From assembly GCA_012026655.1 (NCBI GenBank), contig JAAILG010000560.1, positions 1 to 64,000 of the forward strand: a stretch of 64,000 nt of DNA. Reading direction: 5' to 3'. Every line of letters begins with the position of its first letter. Positions within the stretch are counted from its first letter, which is position 1. Below, in pieces: positions 51,051 to 64,000 of the stretch. The translations under genes were made by a program, and so were the position numbers. The stretch is from Hydrolagus affinis. Lineage: Eukaryota. Under the pieces are notes generated by a model. That model ran no database searches. It had not been told where the DNA came from and saw nothing but the letters and a program-made list of their open reading frames with translations.

Positions 51051-51619
51051 CATTGTTTCAGATTCTGATTGCTATCCAGAGACCTCCTCCTGGAAGATCC
51101 AGATGTACAGATATCAGGTGAGGACAGGATAGAGCTTGGCAGTCAAATAGCTTGGAGATACTTACTGCCAAAACTCAGATGTGAGTTATAGTTTCTCAGG
51201 CAAGGTACCTATGAAAATGTGCTCCAAAGGAGGAAAAATAATCCTTGGGAAAGGAAGAGGAATGCAAATTAGAAGAGAGGAATTGGCATTTTTATTTTTT
51301 TTAAAAACTAAAATTGTACCAAAAACCCACATCACAAATGTTTGTGTTGTACCACAGATCCCACATCAGCTGTAACACAAACATACCCGGAGGCAGTGCA
51401 GCAGCCACAAGTTGAAATTTTCAGAGAAAGTTGTTCTCAACTTTGGGTGGAATTAAACTGGATTCAAATCTGTCCAGAAAGTGACAATGTCCTTTAAACC
51501 CATAAGGCATATGGCAAACATACCCAATAAATGGTTATAAACTGCACAACCCAATCTAAAATCTGTGTACAAAACTTTTTGAAGTTACAACAGTTAATTA
51601 TCACATATTAAAGCCTCAC

Positions 51620-52080
51620 CAACCAGTCTGCTCCCTCTGCTCTAAAGGCACTGGCCAGCTCTGTATCTTTTGCCTGTTCAACTGTCTGCTGTTGGGCCTT
51701 CAGCCTTTCTGCTCCCACCCTCTGGAATTCCATTGTGGAGCCCCTCCACCTGGCCCACCCGCTCCTTCATCTCCTTCAAGACCCAGCTAGAGACCTTCCT
51801 TTTGACCCAGCCTTCAGTCAACATCCCTCCTCCATACCCCATGCCCTCTAACCCTCTCTGATCCCAACCTGCAGCTCAGGTGCAAACCTATCATTGCTTT
51901 GAGACATCCTGCAGATATGATAAATGCTACATAAATTGCATTTGTTGTTGTTGAAGAAGTGGCATTGATGATAATAATACCAATAATAATTCTTACATTT
52001 GATATAGCACCTTTTATGTTAGGAGGACATCCCAAAGTGCTTCACAGGATATTCTGTAAAGTTTTGCATCTGTGTATTGT
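51620..52080. mobile_element. L2 3' end (+, to about 51953) tail-to-tail with a SINE-type tail (-, from about 51968)
   Basis: A (TTG)n tail followed by (TAA)n and tcttacatttgatatagcacc. Confidence 0.75.
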
Positions 52081-52259
52081 TTATGTCATTTGGCCAACAA
52101 AATAAATGTTCGTGATTACCGTAAGTATTTCTTGATTCATGCCATAAAGCAATAAGACTGAAAATGCATTAATGATTGAACACGGACTTTCCTAGACACA
52201 TGCAAATGTTCAGGAAGCCGACTTCTTGATAGTCCCAGGTTGGCCATCACTGGTGAACG

Positions 52260-52582
52260 AGAAACCATTTTATGCACAGAAACATCTCACAAACAGCCGT
52301 GAAGTGAATGACCAATTTGATCTGGGGGATTGTTGGCCAGGACACAGGGAGAAATTGCCTTCTCTTTTCTAATAGTGCCCATGGGATTTTTATCTTCCCT
52401 CCAACACCCAGACAGGACCTTGGTTTTACTCCCGTCCAAAGGGAGGCCATCTCAAATAATATAGTGCTGCACCAGCACTGCACTGCAGTGTCAATTTGAG
52501 ATTATATGAGTTCAAAGTCATGACACAGGGTTTGAATCCACAATCGTCTCACTCAGGGGCGAGATGTCTAGCAACTGAGCCA
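52260..52582 (-). mobile_element. Deu-domain SINE (SacSINE1-like)
   Basis: ttggccaggacacagggaga, atagtgcccatgggattttta, cactgcactgcagtgtca and gcaactgagcca. Confidence 0.7.
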
Positions 52583-53147
52583 GGCCGGAATTTAAAGGGA
52601 TTCACATGAGAATAGGAAAGAGGAGAAAATACAGTGGAGGAAAAATGATGATGAGGCCAATGCAAGTAAGTTATCAACACGATTATTTTTAGTTCTAACT
52701 ATGAATTGTTCAACTTATTTTGGCGGGGCTGGGTTAATATTGCTGTAATAAAGCTGTCCTGATATTTGAGTAATTATTGTAATTTTTTTCAGATACACAG
52801 TGAGCAAGCTGAAATTATGCAGGTGGTCTAGTTGGCCACAGAGACAAGAATCTCTGCAGAGCAACAAGCAGTTTGACTGCTGAAAAAGAGCATGAAATTG
52901 TAACTTATGCAGCTGTGTCCACATGACCAAGATTGTCAGAGACTGAGAATCCAATCAATCTGTTTTTAGCCTAACCTCAGCACACCAACCTGCAGCTGGT
53001 TGACATGAAATTAAAGTGTCTGTGCATTTATTGATTTTATGTCAGTGTCTTTCAAGATAGTGTCAGATGTGTGCGTGAGACAGATTGTGGATGTAGCACA
53101 GTGTCAGAGTCCACATGATGATTCCATCCGCCTATTGACGTCCCAAA

Positions 53148-53475
53148 GGAGTCCTCTAGTTTTGGTTAGAGCACTCTCTTCACAATCGAGTGGACTCGTG
53201 TTCAATTCCTGGACACTTGCCTCTGTTTACCTAGCAGTACATAGGAACCCAGTTGTTAAATCAATTGGTGGATCGCTTTTTGGGGGGAATAATCCCTCAA
53301 AAAAAGTTTCGTCACTCAATCCTGACTGTTTGTGAAAAACTGCTGTGCGCAATTGGTTGCCGTATTTTGCCCACAAAATATGCAGTAATTCACTTAGAGC
53401 ATATTCTATAAAATGCTTTGAGACATGTCAATAATGTGATAAGGGACTATATCAAATGCAGCAATTAATATTATT
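53148..53475 (+). mobile_element. Long variant of the tRNA-SINE with an extra central module of about 65 bp
   Basis: Same head (ggagtcc...ggttagagcac) and tail as the main family, plus ctgtttacctagcagtacataggaacccagttgtta. Confidence 0.75.
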
Positions 53476-53534
53476 ACAATGATTGTCATGAACCAGATTC
53501 TAACCAATGCTTCCTCCATTCAGCAAGTTTCTGC

Positions 53535-53822
53535 CCGCTCCATGTCTCCCGCCCTACCAGCAGCGGCCGGGCCTTCAGCCTCTCTGTCCCTACGCTTTGG
53601 AACTCCCTCCCATAAGCCCTTCACCTTGTCTCCTTCAAGATCAGTCTCAAGATCCTTCTCTTCGACCTAACCTTCAATTGCCCTCCTACCTCTCTGCCCT
53701 CTCTTATCCCAACCCTGCCCCCCATCCACCTCTTGCTCGGGTTCCGATCCCTGATTGTTCAGCAACTTGAGATGTCCTCCCGACGTGAAAAGCGCTCTAC
53801 AAATGTAATTTTGTTGTTGTTG
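53535..53822 (+). mobile_element. L2 LINE 3' end
   Basis: cgggccttcagcctctctg...tcctcccgacgtgaaaagcgctctac, (TTG)n tail. Confidence 0.85.
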
Positions 53823-54564
53823 AAGGCATAGTGTGAACTTCTGTGAGAAAGAGAATGGAAAAAAGAGGACATGCAGTCTTCATGTCTAAGAAAACTGGTT
53901 GTGAACTACAATACTGTATAACAATTTTTGGGCCCCTATACAATTTAATTCTGTGCCCTGGCTCTTTATATACGGTACACAGGAAAGTTATTAAACTGAC
54001 CTTTGCAATTCTAAGGACACTTGCTTTTTGTTTTAAGCAGATTTCCGCCTCTGTTATTAAGGAACACAAAATTTCATGTACTTTTTAAGTACTGTCTGAT
54101 TGCAAAACAGATTATTGATGGCAAATGGGATCTCCGACCTTAACATTGGAAATCAGACAATAAGGAGAAAACTGTAATTTCTTCACAGCTTGAGAAGAGC
54201 CAAAGCTTTCAGATTTATAACTGTAAATACTCGGAAACCTGCAGTTTGGAAACAAAGTCAGGGCACACGCTCGATAACATCACTCAAATATAAAGAGCAG
54301 TGACTGCCAAGACACTACTTAGAATCCAATAACAGTCCGACTACTCGTACCTCAGCTCTGATAACAACACTGTCTTGTAGCTTTGACAGCTGATGGCTAT
54401 GTTATACTGGGAAACTCTCTTTGCAGTATTATGTTAATCCAATAGTTTGCAGATCTATTTGTAAATTTGTTATGCTGTTGTGCCTAATGTACAGTTGTTG
54501 TTTCACAAACATTAACTCATCCAAACCATGCCTAGTGCGGGCACAATGGTGTCTGGACAGTACA

Positions 54565-54925
54565 TTACAAAATTACATTTGTAAAGCGCCTTTGACATCA
54601 GGAGGTCGACCCAAGGGGCAGGGGGAGTGGGGTTGATCAGGAAGGGTGGCGGGTGGAGAGGGTAGGAGGGTGGCAAAGGCACAGTTGAAGAAGGGTCTTG
54701 ACACATGCCTTTGAAGGAAGGAGGCAAGGGAGAGAACGAGGCAAATGAATGTGGTATGGAGTTGCAGATGGTGAGGCCGAAGCCTGCTGAGCGGAGGTAG
54801 CAAGCAGGTTGATAACAGATTAGCAGGTCGAAGAGGTAGGAGGGGCAAGGCCGTGGAGGGTCTTGAAGATGAAGACGAGGATTTTGAACTCGATCCTCTG
54901 AGGGATGGGGAGCCAGTGGAGCTGG
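54565..54925 (-). mobile_element. L2 LINE 3' end
   Basis: Translates to LHWLPIPQRIEFKILVFIFKTLHGLAPP; tail caaaattacatttgtaaagcgcc. Confidence 0.88.
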
Positions 54926-56602
54926 GTCTGTTCTTCATTGTCTATGCTTCTGTGCTGCTGTGCTTTAATCAGTTCTCTGATACACTTAGAAACAGATGAT
55001 CTGCTAAACTGCAATATTCAGAAATATGGCATACGCTAAGATCCAGTACAGGAAATGACTGCTTTACCAAAGCGGAACATTGTAAGAAATATGAGGTGCA
55101 GGTGATCGAATCCTTATACTGTACATCTCAACACAGGCTGGGGAATCAATTGTCCAATTAACTAGGTCTGTGGTAAATGTCTCAGAGCAGCCTCTTCACA
55201 GTTCTCAACACTGAGCTCAAATGATACAAAGTGCAATGGGCAACAAATAATAAAGCAAAGCAGCAACAGTGTCTGAAAATGTACTCACTTGTAGACAGAG
55301 ACAGGGTTTATCGCAATACTGTACTGAATTAATTTATATCGAGAAGATTCAGCAAGATAATAATGGTTTCTAATAAGACTAGATGTGCCATTGGACAAAT
55401 TAATCTCTCCACCCAACTCCCTAAAATATTCTTTTAACACATCTATCAGATTACTCAATAAACCTGAATTTTTTTAAATTTCCAGGACCATGTCCAGTTC
55501 ATTTTGAAACCCTTTATAAATTTTGAAGAGTTAATTTAATTTCCCACTTTTCCCTTTGGCGCACAGATGTTGCTTTGCAATAAATATGTGGTGTGTAAGG
55601 CTGTCATACCAGTATGGGTAATTTTTTCTCAACCTGCTTTCCCCCAACTTCAGAAGGGAGATCAAAGCTTTCTGTTGTTTTTCAGCCATAGCCCTAAGGT
55701 TAACCTCGTCCCTGACTAGCAATGCTGCTTTCTGCTTATTAAAAAAAACACCCCCCATTTTGCCTTCCAGATGGTTTATGAAGTGACCTTTCTTTATCAA
55801 TAAGATCAGACACACCAGCAGTATCAAGACATAATAAGGTATTGATCATAAAATTACATTTGTATAAAAATATATAATGCGTGCAACACAGAATATAATG
55901 CAATGTACCATGCCCAATATGAATGCATTTATGCACTGTCAGCATTGTATATAGTATTTAACAGTACATTATATACTGTATGAGGGTTTGCAGAGTGTAT
56001 GGTATAAAAGAATACATTGCATACATTTTAATGTTATATAGAAAAATATTCCAATGTTATGACGGCAGCTGCTATGTGATGCAAACCTTTAAACCTCACA
56101 ACAATGCTATTTCATGCTATGTCATAGCATAAGCTCAGCACGCAGGATAAAATTGAGACGTCCTCCCGACGTGAAAGGCGCTCTATAAGTGTAATTTGTT
56201 GTTTGTTGTTGAATGACAACTTTAAAATAGACATCAGATCATATTGCAACTTCTCTTGTTTGTCTGGAAATATATCAAATGCTGACATCAATCAAGTTGG
56301 AACACATGACATCCTCACCTGCGTGGAAATCACTGAAAAACAAATGCACAGCAATGCTGGCTCTTCTGCTAAAACAACAGTCTGTCAAATATTTCTCATG
56401 AAGATAGTGTCCCTTTAATGTCTTCATCTCTGTGAGACTTCCTATTTGAGCCACGTGTGAAGCAGATGGGTTCTTCATACAATATACTTTATGGTACCAG
56501 ATGACTGTCACTGAACTGACTACAAAGTTGTAATTGATGGTTTAATTTTTCGAAACACAATGGACTTTTATCTGTACAACATAATCAGGACTGGATGTAT
56601 GT

Positions 56603-56910
56603 GGAGTCCTGCAGCTCAGTGATTAGAGCACTTGCCTTACTAGTGAGAGACCCAGGTTCGATTCCAGGCAGGGTGAAGCTTTGCGCAAGTTTCCTTACTC
56701 CACATGCCTGATAATAATCCCTCGATAAAAACAATAATAAATTAGTAATTTCAATCCACAACTGTTTGTGGGAGATGGCTGTGTGCAATTCACTGCTGCG
56801 ATTTGCCACCAAATAAACAGTCAATTTATTTTACAGTATATTCTGTGAAGCAGTTTGAGATGTCTATAAGATGTGAAAAGCGCTATATCAAATGTAAGGA
56901 TTATTATTAT
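56603..56910 (+). mobile_element. Full-length tRNA-derived SINE
   Basis: Starts GGAGTCC, A-box-like gcagctcagtga, exact B box GGTTCGATTCC (56655-56665), (TTA)n tail, possible tatgt target duplication. Confidence 0.92.
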
Positions 56911-57507
56911 GTACTTCCAATTTCTATATTTTCCGTATAACCTGGAGTTCGTTGTGTGAATGTAAGTGACGTTCACAGAATGAGAGCCAAAGAGTAGATT
57001 CATTCACTTCCACTTCTAAGATTTGTTAACTTTCTTGGATCAAACATGTGTTTTGGAGCTGCCATCGTTTAGAAATGGATGTTTCAGAAATGCAGAACTC
57101 TACTGTATGTTGTTCTTGCGGTTTGTGTGCATACCTATTGCTATATATAAGGCATATACAATGATGTTTACATAAATGTGTAAACGTTCAGAATTATTCC
57201 ATGTACCGATAACTGCACCATAATTGCAATAATTTTCCTTCTGAGCAGCATTTACTCCTCATCCAGAAAGGTTATTTCCTTGTATACTCTTAAATTCATA
57301 TACCAAAAAACAATATGCTTATCTTGGCATTACTCTGAAACTATAGTTTATCAGTTTTCCTATCAACACTCACTTAGGGTAATACATACCCACCCATTTG
57401 TAGAATAAAATATGCCACTAAATCTGTCAAAGTCATATATTTTCTTCAACATGAATTTGTTTCACCCATTTTGATTTCTGAGATGTTTACCTGGATTTTT
57501 ATATGTG

Positions 57508-57860
57508 ATAATAATTATCCTTGCATTTGATATAGTCCCTTATCATCTTGACGAAACAGCTCAAAACACTTTACAGTATTTTCTGTCAAGCATAACTATT
57601 GTGCGCTTGTAGTCGAATGCAGCAGCCAATATGCACACACCAATATAGCATAAACAGCCATTTAGGTGAACGTCCAATGTTTTTTCCGAAGCTTTATTAG
57701 AAACGACAGCGGGAGAATCTCCTTTCGCATTTTGAAAGCAGCATGAGATCTTTAATATCTACTTGAATAGATCAGACCTTAACATTTCATCTGAAGGATG
57801 GCACCTCTGACAATGCAGACCTTCTCCAGCACGGTACTCGATTGTCATCCTAGACTATCT
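57508..57860 (-). mobile_element. Old Deu-domain SINE
   Basis: SINE-type tail plus tttcatctgaaggatggcacctctgacaatgcag. Confidence 0.65.
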
Positions 57861-59914
57861 AAGAGGATCCAACTTTTCCCTTGTCCAACTGCATGCAAGT
57901 CTGAGTCTTCCTGGTCAAAGTCTAAAGTTTAGGGTAACAGTGCAAAGCACACAGGCGTGGAATTATTCACAAGCAGGTGGGGCTCCTCAACTGAAATTAT
58001 CTGGAATTATTTCAATGTTGAGGCTACTTTGCTTTTGTTCAATACATCCTAAGCTATGTAAGTTTCTGAATAGGATGAAGAGTAACTGCTCTAATACATT
58101 CACGTGTATTCATCAAATATAGTTTGACAGACTCCATCTTATGTTACCCAAGAACTCTGAGTCTTCTATCGTTGCTCTTGACAATCCAACTCACAAATGG
58201 GATGAGGGACCTCCCTTCATAGGAGAGAGTCTATGGAAATGGACAAAATGTCCATTTCCCTCATATCTTCCAGATGTCTAAAACTAAATGTGGGCATGGA
58301 TCGCAGTGACTCTTTTGTATAGAAATATATCTGAGGAGATGTTTTGTCCAAAATCTACCTTATATGTTACTACGGAGGGTGTTATCTTGTTGTAAAATTT
58401 GACATTCAAAACAACCCAACCTCCATATTCTATGAGGTTCTTTATCGCAAGACTATTATCTTATTAGGTTACAAATTCTATAGCGTTCTATCAACAAGAG
58501 ATCAAAGACATTGAGGCTGAAAACTGCAAATTTCTGGATTACCAGGAGTGTCGTTGAGACCAGGAGGCTGGAAAGATGATAAAGTGAATATTCTCGAAGG
58601 ATGAATTCAAATGGGCCAAAGGACTTTCTTCAATCATCATACATCTATTGTGACTTGAATCCCTTTATTGCTACTGAACACTGACACTCATCCATTTAAC
58701 CACTGCAATATATATGAACTATGGTTTCACTCATTGAACTTGCAAATGATTCATGTGACAGACATCAATTGGTAACCATCACACACAAATATTACAGAGA
58801 GAACTTGCATTTGCTCCTGTCACAAGTCACCAAGGCAAAATAAAAGGAGCCAAAACTGAATGAATTGACTGTTGTAAGCTTCACAGCACATATCGTTGGA
58901 AAAAAACAAAAACCTTGGAGCAGATTCAAAGCTGTAATCTCATCTAGGAATTCATATGAAACTTATAAACTGAAAGAGCGATAAGACTTCTGCTTTATAT
59001 AATCAATCCCAACTATGTATCATTCTGTCTGCATTATTGCACACTGCCATGTAATTATTCAAGAAAACTATAAATAAAATTATATATTTATACAAGATAT
59101 CCCAGTTGAAGTTGGAACTTGTTTGAAATGAGTTTCTGTCCAAGGGCAGTTTACAGACACGGCAGATTGCGAGAGCCAGTGGAGGGAGATACTGCACAGA
59201 TCAACACGGGTCACTTTTTGTCATTTCTATTTCCTCAGTTCAAAGCCATTATTATTTTGTAATAACGTCTAGCCTTTTGTTTATGGTCACAAGTTCATGT
59301 CTGAGCAGAGACTGACACGCTCACACACTCACAGATCTGCTAGATGGAGTTCTTCTCGCTTAGGCAAAAATCGAAGATTATTCACATTGCATCCTGTTAC
59401 CTAATGTGTCTGCACTTCATGCTTTGAAAGCTGGGTGGGGTGCAACAGGCTGCTTACTCACTGGGTCTGGGTGGAAAACTGAGCAACCACAGGATAAAAT
59501 GGGATAATAATGTTACCAAGGGAGGTGAAAGTCAAGACCAAGTTTAGATCAATAAGCTTCAGTAAATATGTTTGCATCCAGAACACTGAAAAACACCAAA
59601 TAATTAAATAATTGGCTCCAAATATGATTTGGGGAGTGGGCTGTGAGTTTAGCAAATGAAAATCCAAGGAAGGTCATAATCCTTTTAAAGCTTCCATTTA
59701 GCAAATTGTAATATTTTAAACCTCTTAACGACAATTCATCGCAGCCACAACACACAGCTTTATTCCCTGCTATTCTGGGGCCTAATGCTCGCAATTAGCT
59801 GATCCTAGTGCCATTAAATCCCCAAACTTTTAAAGGGATTACTCAATGCACTTTGGGCTCATGATTTAGTATTGAATTTAAACTTGGTGGTTTCAACACA
59901 GTGGCATTGAGTTA

Positions 59915-60125
59915 AAATAATAATAATAATCCTTGCAATTGGTCCTGGCATTTCATGTCAGGAGGTCATCTCAAGCACCATTGAATTTGCTGTAAAGTGG
60001 AGGGACTGTGTGTTTGTAGGCTAACACGGCAGCCCATTTGCGCACAGCAATGTCCCACAAACAGCCATGAAGTGAATGATCAATTTATCTGGAGGATTGT
60101 TGGCAAGGACACTGGGAGAAACTAG
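59915..60125 (-). mobile_element. Old SINE 3' half (Deu type)
   Basis: (TAA)n, ggcagcccatttgcgcacagcaatgtcccacaaacag, ttggcaaggacactgggagaa. Confidence 0.7.
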
Positions 60126-60825
60126 AGTTAATGTGTAATCAGATAAAGAGATGCCATGTGACGGAAAGTACTCAGGATCCAATCTGAAAATGTTTAGCTT
60201 TACTGTAAAGGCAGAGTTCCCACGTTAAACAGAGAGAACAGGGTGCACACTCCAAACTAGGCAAACCATACAATTGTGGAACTCTCAGTAATTTAGTTCA
60301 GAGATGCAAATACTGTAATTATTTTTCCTCCATGCTCCTCATCACATTTGTGAAACACTTTGAAATCTTCGTCCTACGTGAAAGGCCTAAGATGAGGCCC
60401 AAGGACAAATTGTTGTTATTTAGTACCTTTGAGAGTACATCTCCAAGCTGGATTCCATGAATGACAATAGAACAACAGTAATTTCATTTTATATAGACAT
60501 GTACGTAACACAACACACTGTTACTGTTACTGTGTATAAATGAAGTTAAAGATCCTTGTCCTGGATTTCCAATACCTCAATAGCCGAGCTTCATTTTAAC
60601 TTTCAAATCTTTCCCAGCCCTACATTCCATCCTGCATCCTCCACTCTTCATATGTTAGCCTATTGCCCACTCCTTCCATGATGACCAAGGCTTCATCCAC
60701 CATTCCTCTGGCTTCCAAAAGCACTCTGCTGCCTTGCCACCTCTCTCCTTCCCTACACAACCTTCCTAAAATCATCTCTCTTTCAATAGCCCATTAGCCA
60801 ACATCTTCAGACTTTTTATTCAATG

Positions 60826-61010
60826 AATAATAATCCTTGCGTTTAATATCGCGCTTTTCACGTCATCAAGATGTCTCAAAGTGCTTCACAGAATATACTG
60901 TAAAATGAATTGACTGTATATTTGTGGACAAAACTCACCAGCCAACCGCGCACAGCAGTGTCCCATACACAGTCGTGGATTTTGAAATGACCAATATTAT
61001 TGTTTTTTCC
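60826..61010 (-). mobile_element. SINE 3' two-thirds
   Basis: Family tail and core up to aaatgaccaatattattgtttttt. Confidence 0.85.
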
Positions 61011-61029
61011 CTGGTGTCCACCATCAAAT

Positions 61030-61293
61030 GTTTTGGTTGACAAGGTGCCCCATCACCATGCTTGAGAGTAACCAGACCTAACTGAGAATTCCATGTATCC
61101 CACCTACACATGGAAATTTCAGAGATAGATTGTTAGAATAGAATGGGCACACTCCCTGGAGGGACACATTCTGTTTACCCAATTCCAGAAAGTATCAGGT
61201 GCATGTTGGCAAGAGCCAAGGCTTGGGGACACCAGAGTGTGTGTTGGAGTATACGCTGGAATCTAACCAGTTAAAACTGCATAGCTTGCCATT
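61030..61293 (-). repeat. Unclassified dispersed repeat, copy 2
   Basis: Its reverse complement matches 40346-40574, with about 45 extra internal bases. Confidence 0.75.
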
Positions 61294-61443
61294 GATATCA
61301 CTGTGTAATTGTTAGATAAATGCAGATCGTTGCTCCCGTTAACTTCATCTTCTTTTGTGTTCGTTTTATTCACACAATGTTCCATAGGTGGAAATTGTAT
61401 TGTTTAAATACTTACAGACAAAGCTGGCAACATCAGCATTCAA

Positions 61444-62233
61444 GGCTGCACTCTCCACCTCTCGAAGCCAGTCAGGAATCTGGGCATCTTGTTCGACCCC
61501 GAACTATCCTTCTTCCCCCAAATACGCGCCATGACCAGCACAGCCTTCCACCACCTCCGCAATATTGCCAGATTCAGCCACTACCTCACCCCACATGCTG
61601 CCGAAACACTCATCCACGCATTCATCACTTCTAGGCTCAACTACAGGAACTCTCTCCTCGTCAGCCTTTCCAACTCCTCCCTTCACAAACTGCAGATTAT
61701 TCAGAACTCTGCAGCTCGTGCACTCTCCCGCATTAGCCTCCGCGACCACATCATTTCCACCGTTGTCCATCTCCACTGGCTCCCCATACCCCAGAAGGTC
61801 GAATTCAAGATATTCGTCCTCAATTTCAAGGCCTTTCATGACCTTACCCCCACCTATCTCTCCGACCTGCTGTCTCCCTATCATCCCGTCCGTCCCCTCT
61901 GTTCAGCGGGCTCTGGCCTGCACAACGTCCCCCGTCCGAACCGCCCTACCATCGGTGGCCAGGCTTTCAGCCTCTCTGCCCCCACACTCTGGAACTCCAT
62001 CACGCAATCCCTTCGCCTCGCTTCCTCCGTTTCCTCCTTCAAGGCCTGTCTCAAGACCTTCCTCTTTGACCATGTCTTCTGCTCCCCTCCTAACTCTCCC
62101 CCCTCTCATATTCTCCTTCCCCCTATCCCGACCATCCTCCCACCCCCTGCTCAGGTCCCGACCTAGCTGTTCAGCACCTTGGGACATCCTCCCAATGTGA
62201 AAAGCGCTCTATAAATGTAATTTTGTTGTTGTT
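61444..62233 (+). mobile_element. Longest L2 copy: 5'-truncated, uninterrupted ORF2 C-terminus, 3' stem-loop, (TTG)n tail
   Basis: The 225-aa ORF 61489-62166 has the L2 motifs AFHHLRNIAR, LIHAFITSRL, QNSAAR, LHWLP, APTLWNS and LKTFLF. No RT core or endonuclease is present. Confidence 0.93.
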
Positions 62234-64000
62234 GCAGTTGAAGAGTATAATACTGTACACTATAATACTGGTGACAGTTGCAGTATAGTTGTTTGCTCAA
62301 GCCTAAGTGTGGAAGTGTTTATATAATTTGTATTTAAGCATTCAAGTCGCACAGCAGTTGTTGCAACATGAAATAAGCTGCACCCTCAAAGGAAACCAGA
62401 GACTGGAGCACACTGTAAACAGACGTCAGACTGCTCACAAGTGAGACTGCGAGTTGTAAGTTATTGTATTAATCATATTGAAGCAACACATTTCAAATCA
62501 ATCTCAATGACTTCCAAAGGAAAGGAGCAATGTGTCAGAAACACACTAACACTACTCTTAGACTGCATTTTTACCATTCCAGACCCTTTAAGGGGTAGGG
62601 TGAATATGTTGGATGGCTGAGATCAAATGGACCCAAGCATTTTCATCGTCCATCCTTCTTTTGTGATCTTCAGCAGTAAAATGCTGAAACACACCACATA
62701 CCTGTTTGTACATTGATGCACAAAGGCTTAGCTCCTCCATTCACTGTCCCTTCACTGGCCCATCTTAGAGCAATTAGGAATTGAAAACATGAATACATAT
62801 TTTTTGCTCCTACATATCACAGCAATACCACAGCAATTTCATCAGAATAGACAGAAATAAAATTAATGCTGGAATATATTCCCATTAAAGATCCTGACCA
62901 AAGACCTCAATAAGCCCGAGGTGAGGAATAATGTTACTCAAATGAGTATCCCAGCTCCTTTGAGAGCAGCAAAGTACAAAATATCATTAGTATTTCAGTT
63001 TCAATTTCACTTTCAGTCAACTGACTTCCAGATTAATTAAATCACTTTTTTCCAACAATGAATGAACTAATATCAAGTAGGAATCCTTTATTTTTATGTT
63101 CTTTACTGAGGATATGCAGGAAAAGCTTACCATTTCATGCCTTTTGGCCATTGGGCAAAAATCCCAATGCCTTCTGAGGCAAGCTGTAATGGATTTGGAA
63201 CAATAGATAGCAATTTCCTTTTAGCCTCTCTTCCCTATTGAAGGCATGGAGTTGGTACTGGTTCTGTACAATTTTCAGTGTATAAAAACCAAGAGAGGGG
63301 TCAAAATCAAACATATGGGAAATATGATTAAAAGGGATCAAAAATCTCTACTCATTATGACTGCACTCGATCAAAAACAACAATGACAACTTGCATATAG
63401 CAATGTCCTATAGGGCCTCGCAGCTCTCGAACAATACTTTCCCAAAAAAAAACACAAAACGGCCACAGGAAGGAGAATTTACCCAGTCAATTTAATGGCA
63501 AACTGTGAGCATCCAGTGCCCAAATTCATGCCAAGCTAAACAGTTTCTGGACTTCAGAGACTCGGGATATCCTGATTTGAGTACCTTCCTTCACAAATGA
63601 GTGAGATTCTAAATTCAGATATCTTATCATTACAAGCACTAGATTAGGCACTGCTGAAATGAGTAAGGGTCAAAACTATTGCAGTGTAATAGGATGTGGC
63701 ACGTCACTGACATTGCTAAAGTCAACTTCACTTAGGGCCAAGCTGTAAAATCAAAATAAGTGCAACACCACAGGAAAGTCCCTTATGACTAACAGTTTAA
63801 GGGAAGAAAACAGCTGCACACTTCCACTCAGTACCTTAGCGCACACACACACACACATAAACCAGCTTTTACTCAATCCTGTGAAATGAACCTATACCTT
63901 TTACACAGCTCCCCAAAGAAATCCAGGCTCGAACAGAGTACAGTTGCAGCTGAACATCAACATCTGCAGAGTTCACACCCTCTGGGAGATACAGGGGGCC

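Noticed and set aside
56603-56675. tRNA genes at SINE heads
   Set aside because: The A/B-box regions continue into SINE core and tail and do not complete a cloverleaf.
23812-64000. NAV3 first exon or promoter
   Set aside because: No MPVLGVASK-like peptide and no CpG island were seen. The ATGCAATATCCTAG|gtaaga near 44720 has the wrong phase for the 118-nt exon.

Overview
Vertebrate genomic DNA, probably a cartilaginous fish of the chimaera/elephant-shark type (inferred from the repeat families). The window lies inside the neuron navigator 3 gene (NAV3) on the minus strand. Six internal coding exons can be read directly, all with AG/GT boundaries and compatible phases: 23694-23811, 23044-23096, 19286-19358, 14570-14747, 11531-11599 and 7763-7902 (631 nt in total). 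They encode the calponin-homology domain and the low-complexity region after it. I could not find the first exon or the next large exon in the window. The rest is intron, filled with a (TTA)n-tailed tRNA-derived SINE family, (TTG)n-tailed L2 3' ends, CR1 fragments, older Deu-domain and LF-SINE-like relics, two TA-flanked Tigger/pogo-like MITEs, a 22-bp minisatellite and one 100-N gap. I found no convincing new gene or biological system. The best leads are mobile-element structure (an unclassified hairpin-bearing repeat, a long SINE variant with an extra module, a co-varying SINE/L2 stem-loop, nested and chimeric insertions) and possible splicing effects. Repeat family names and exon numbers come from memory, not from searches, and repeat boundaries are approximate.
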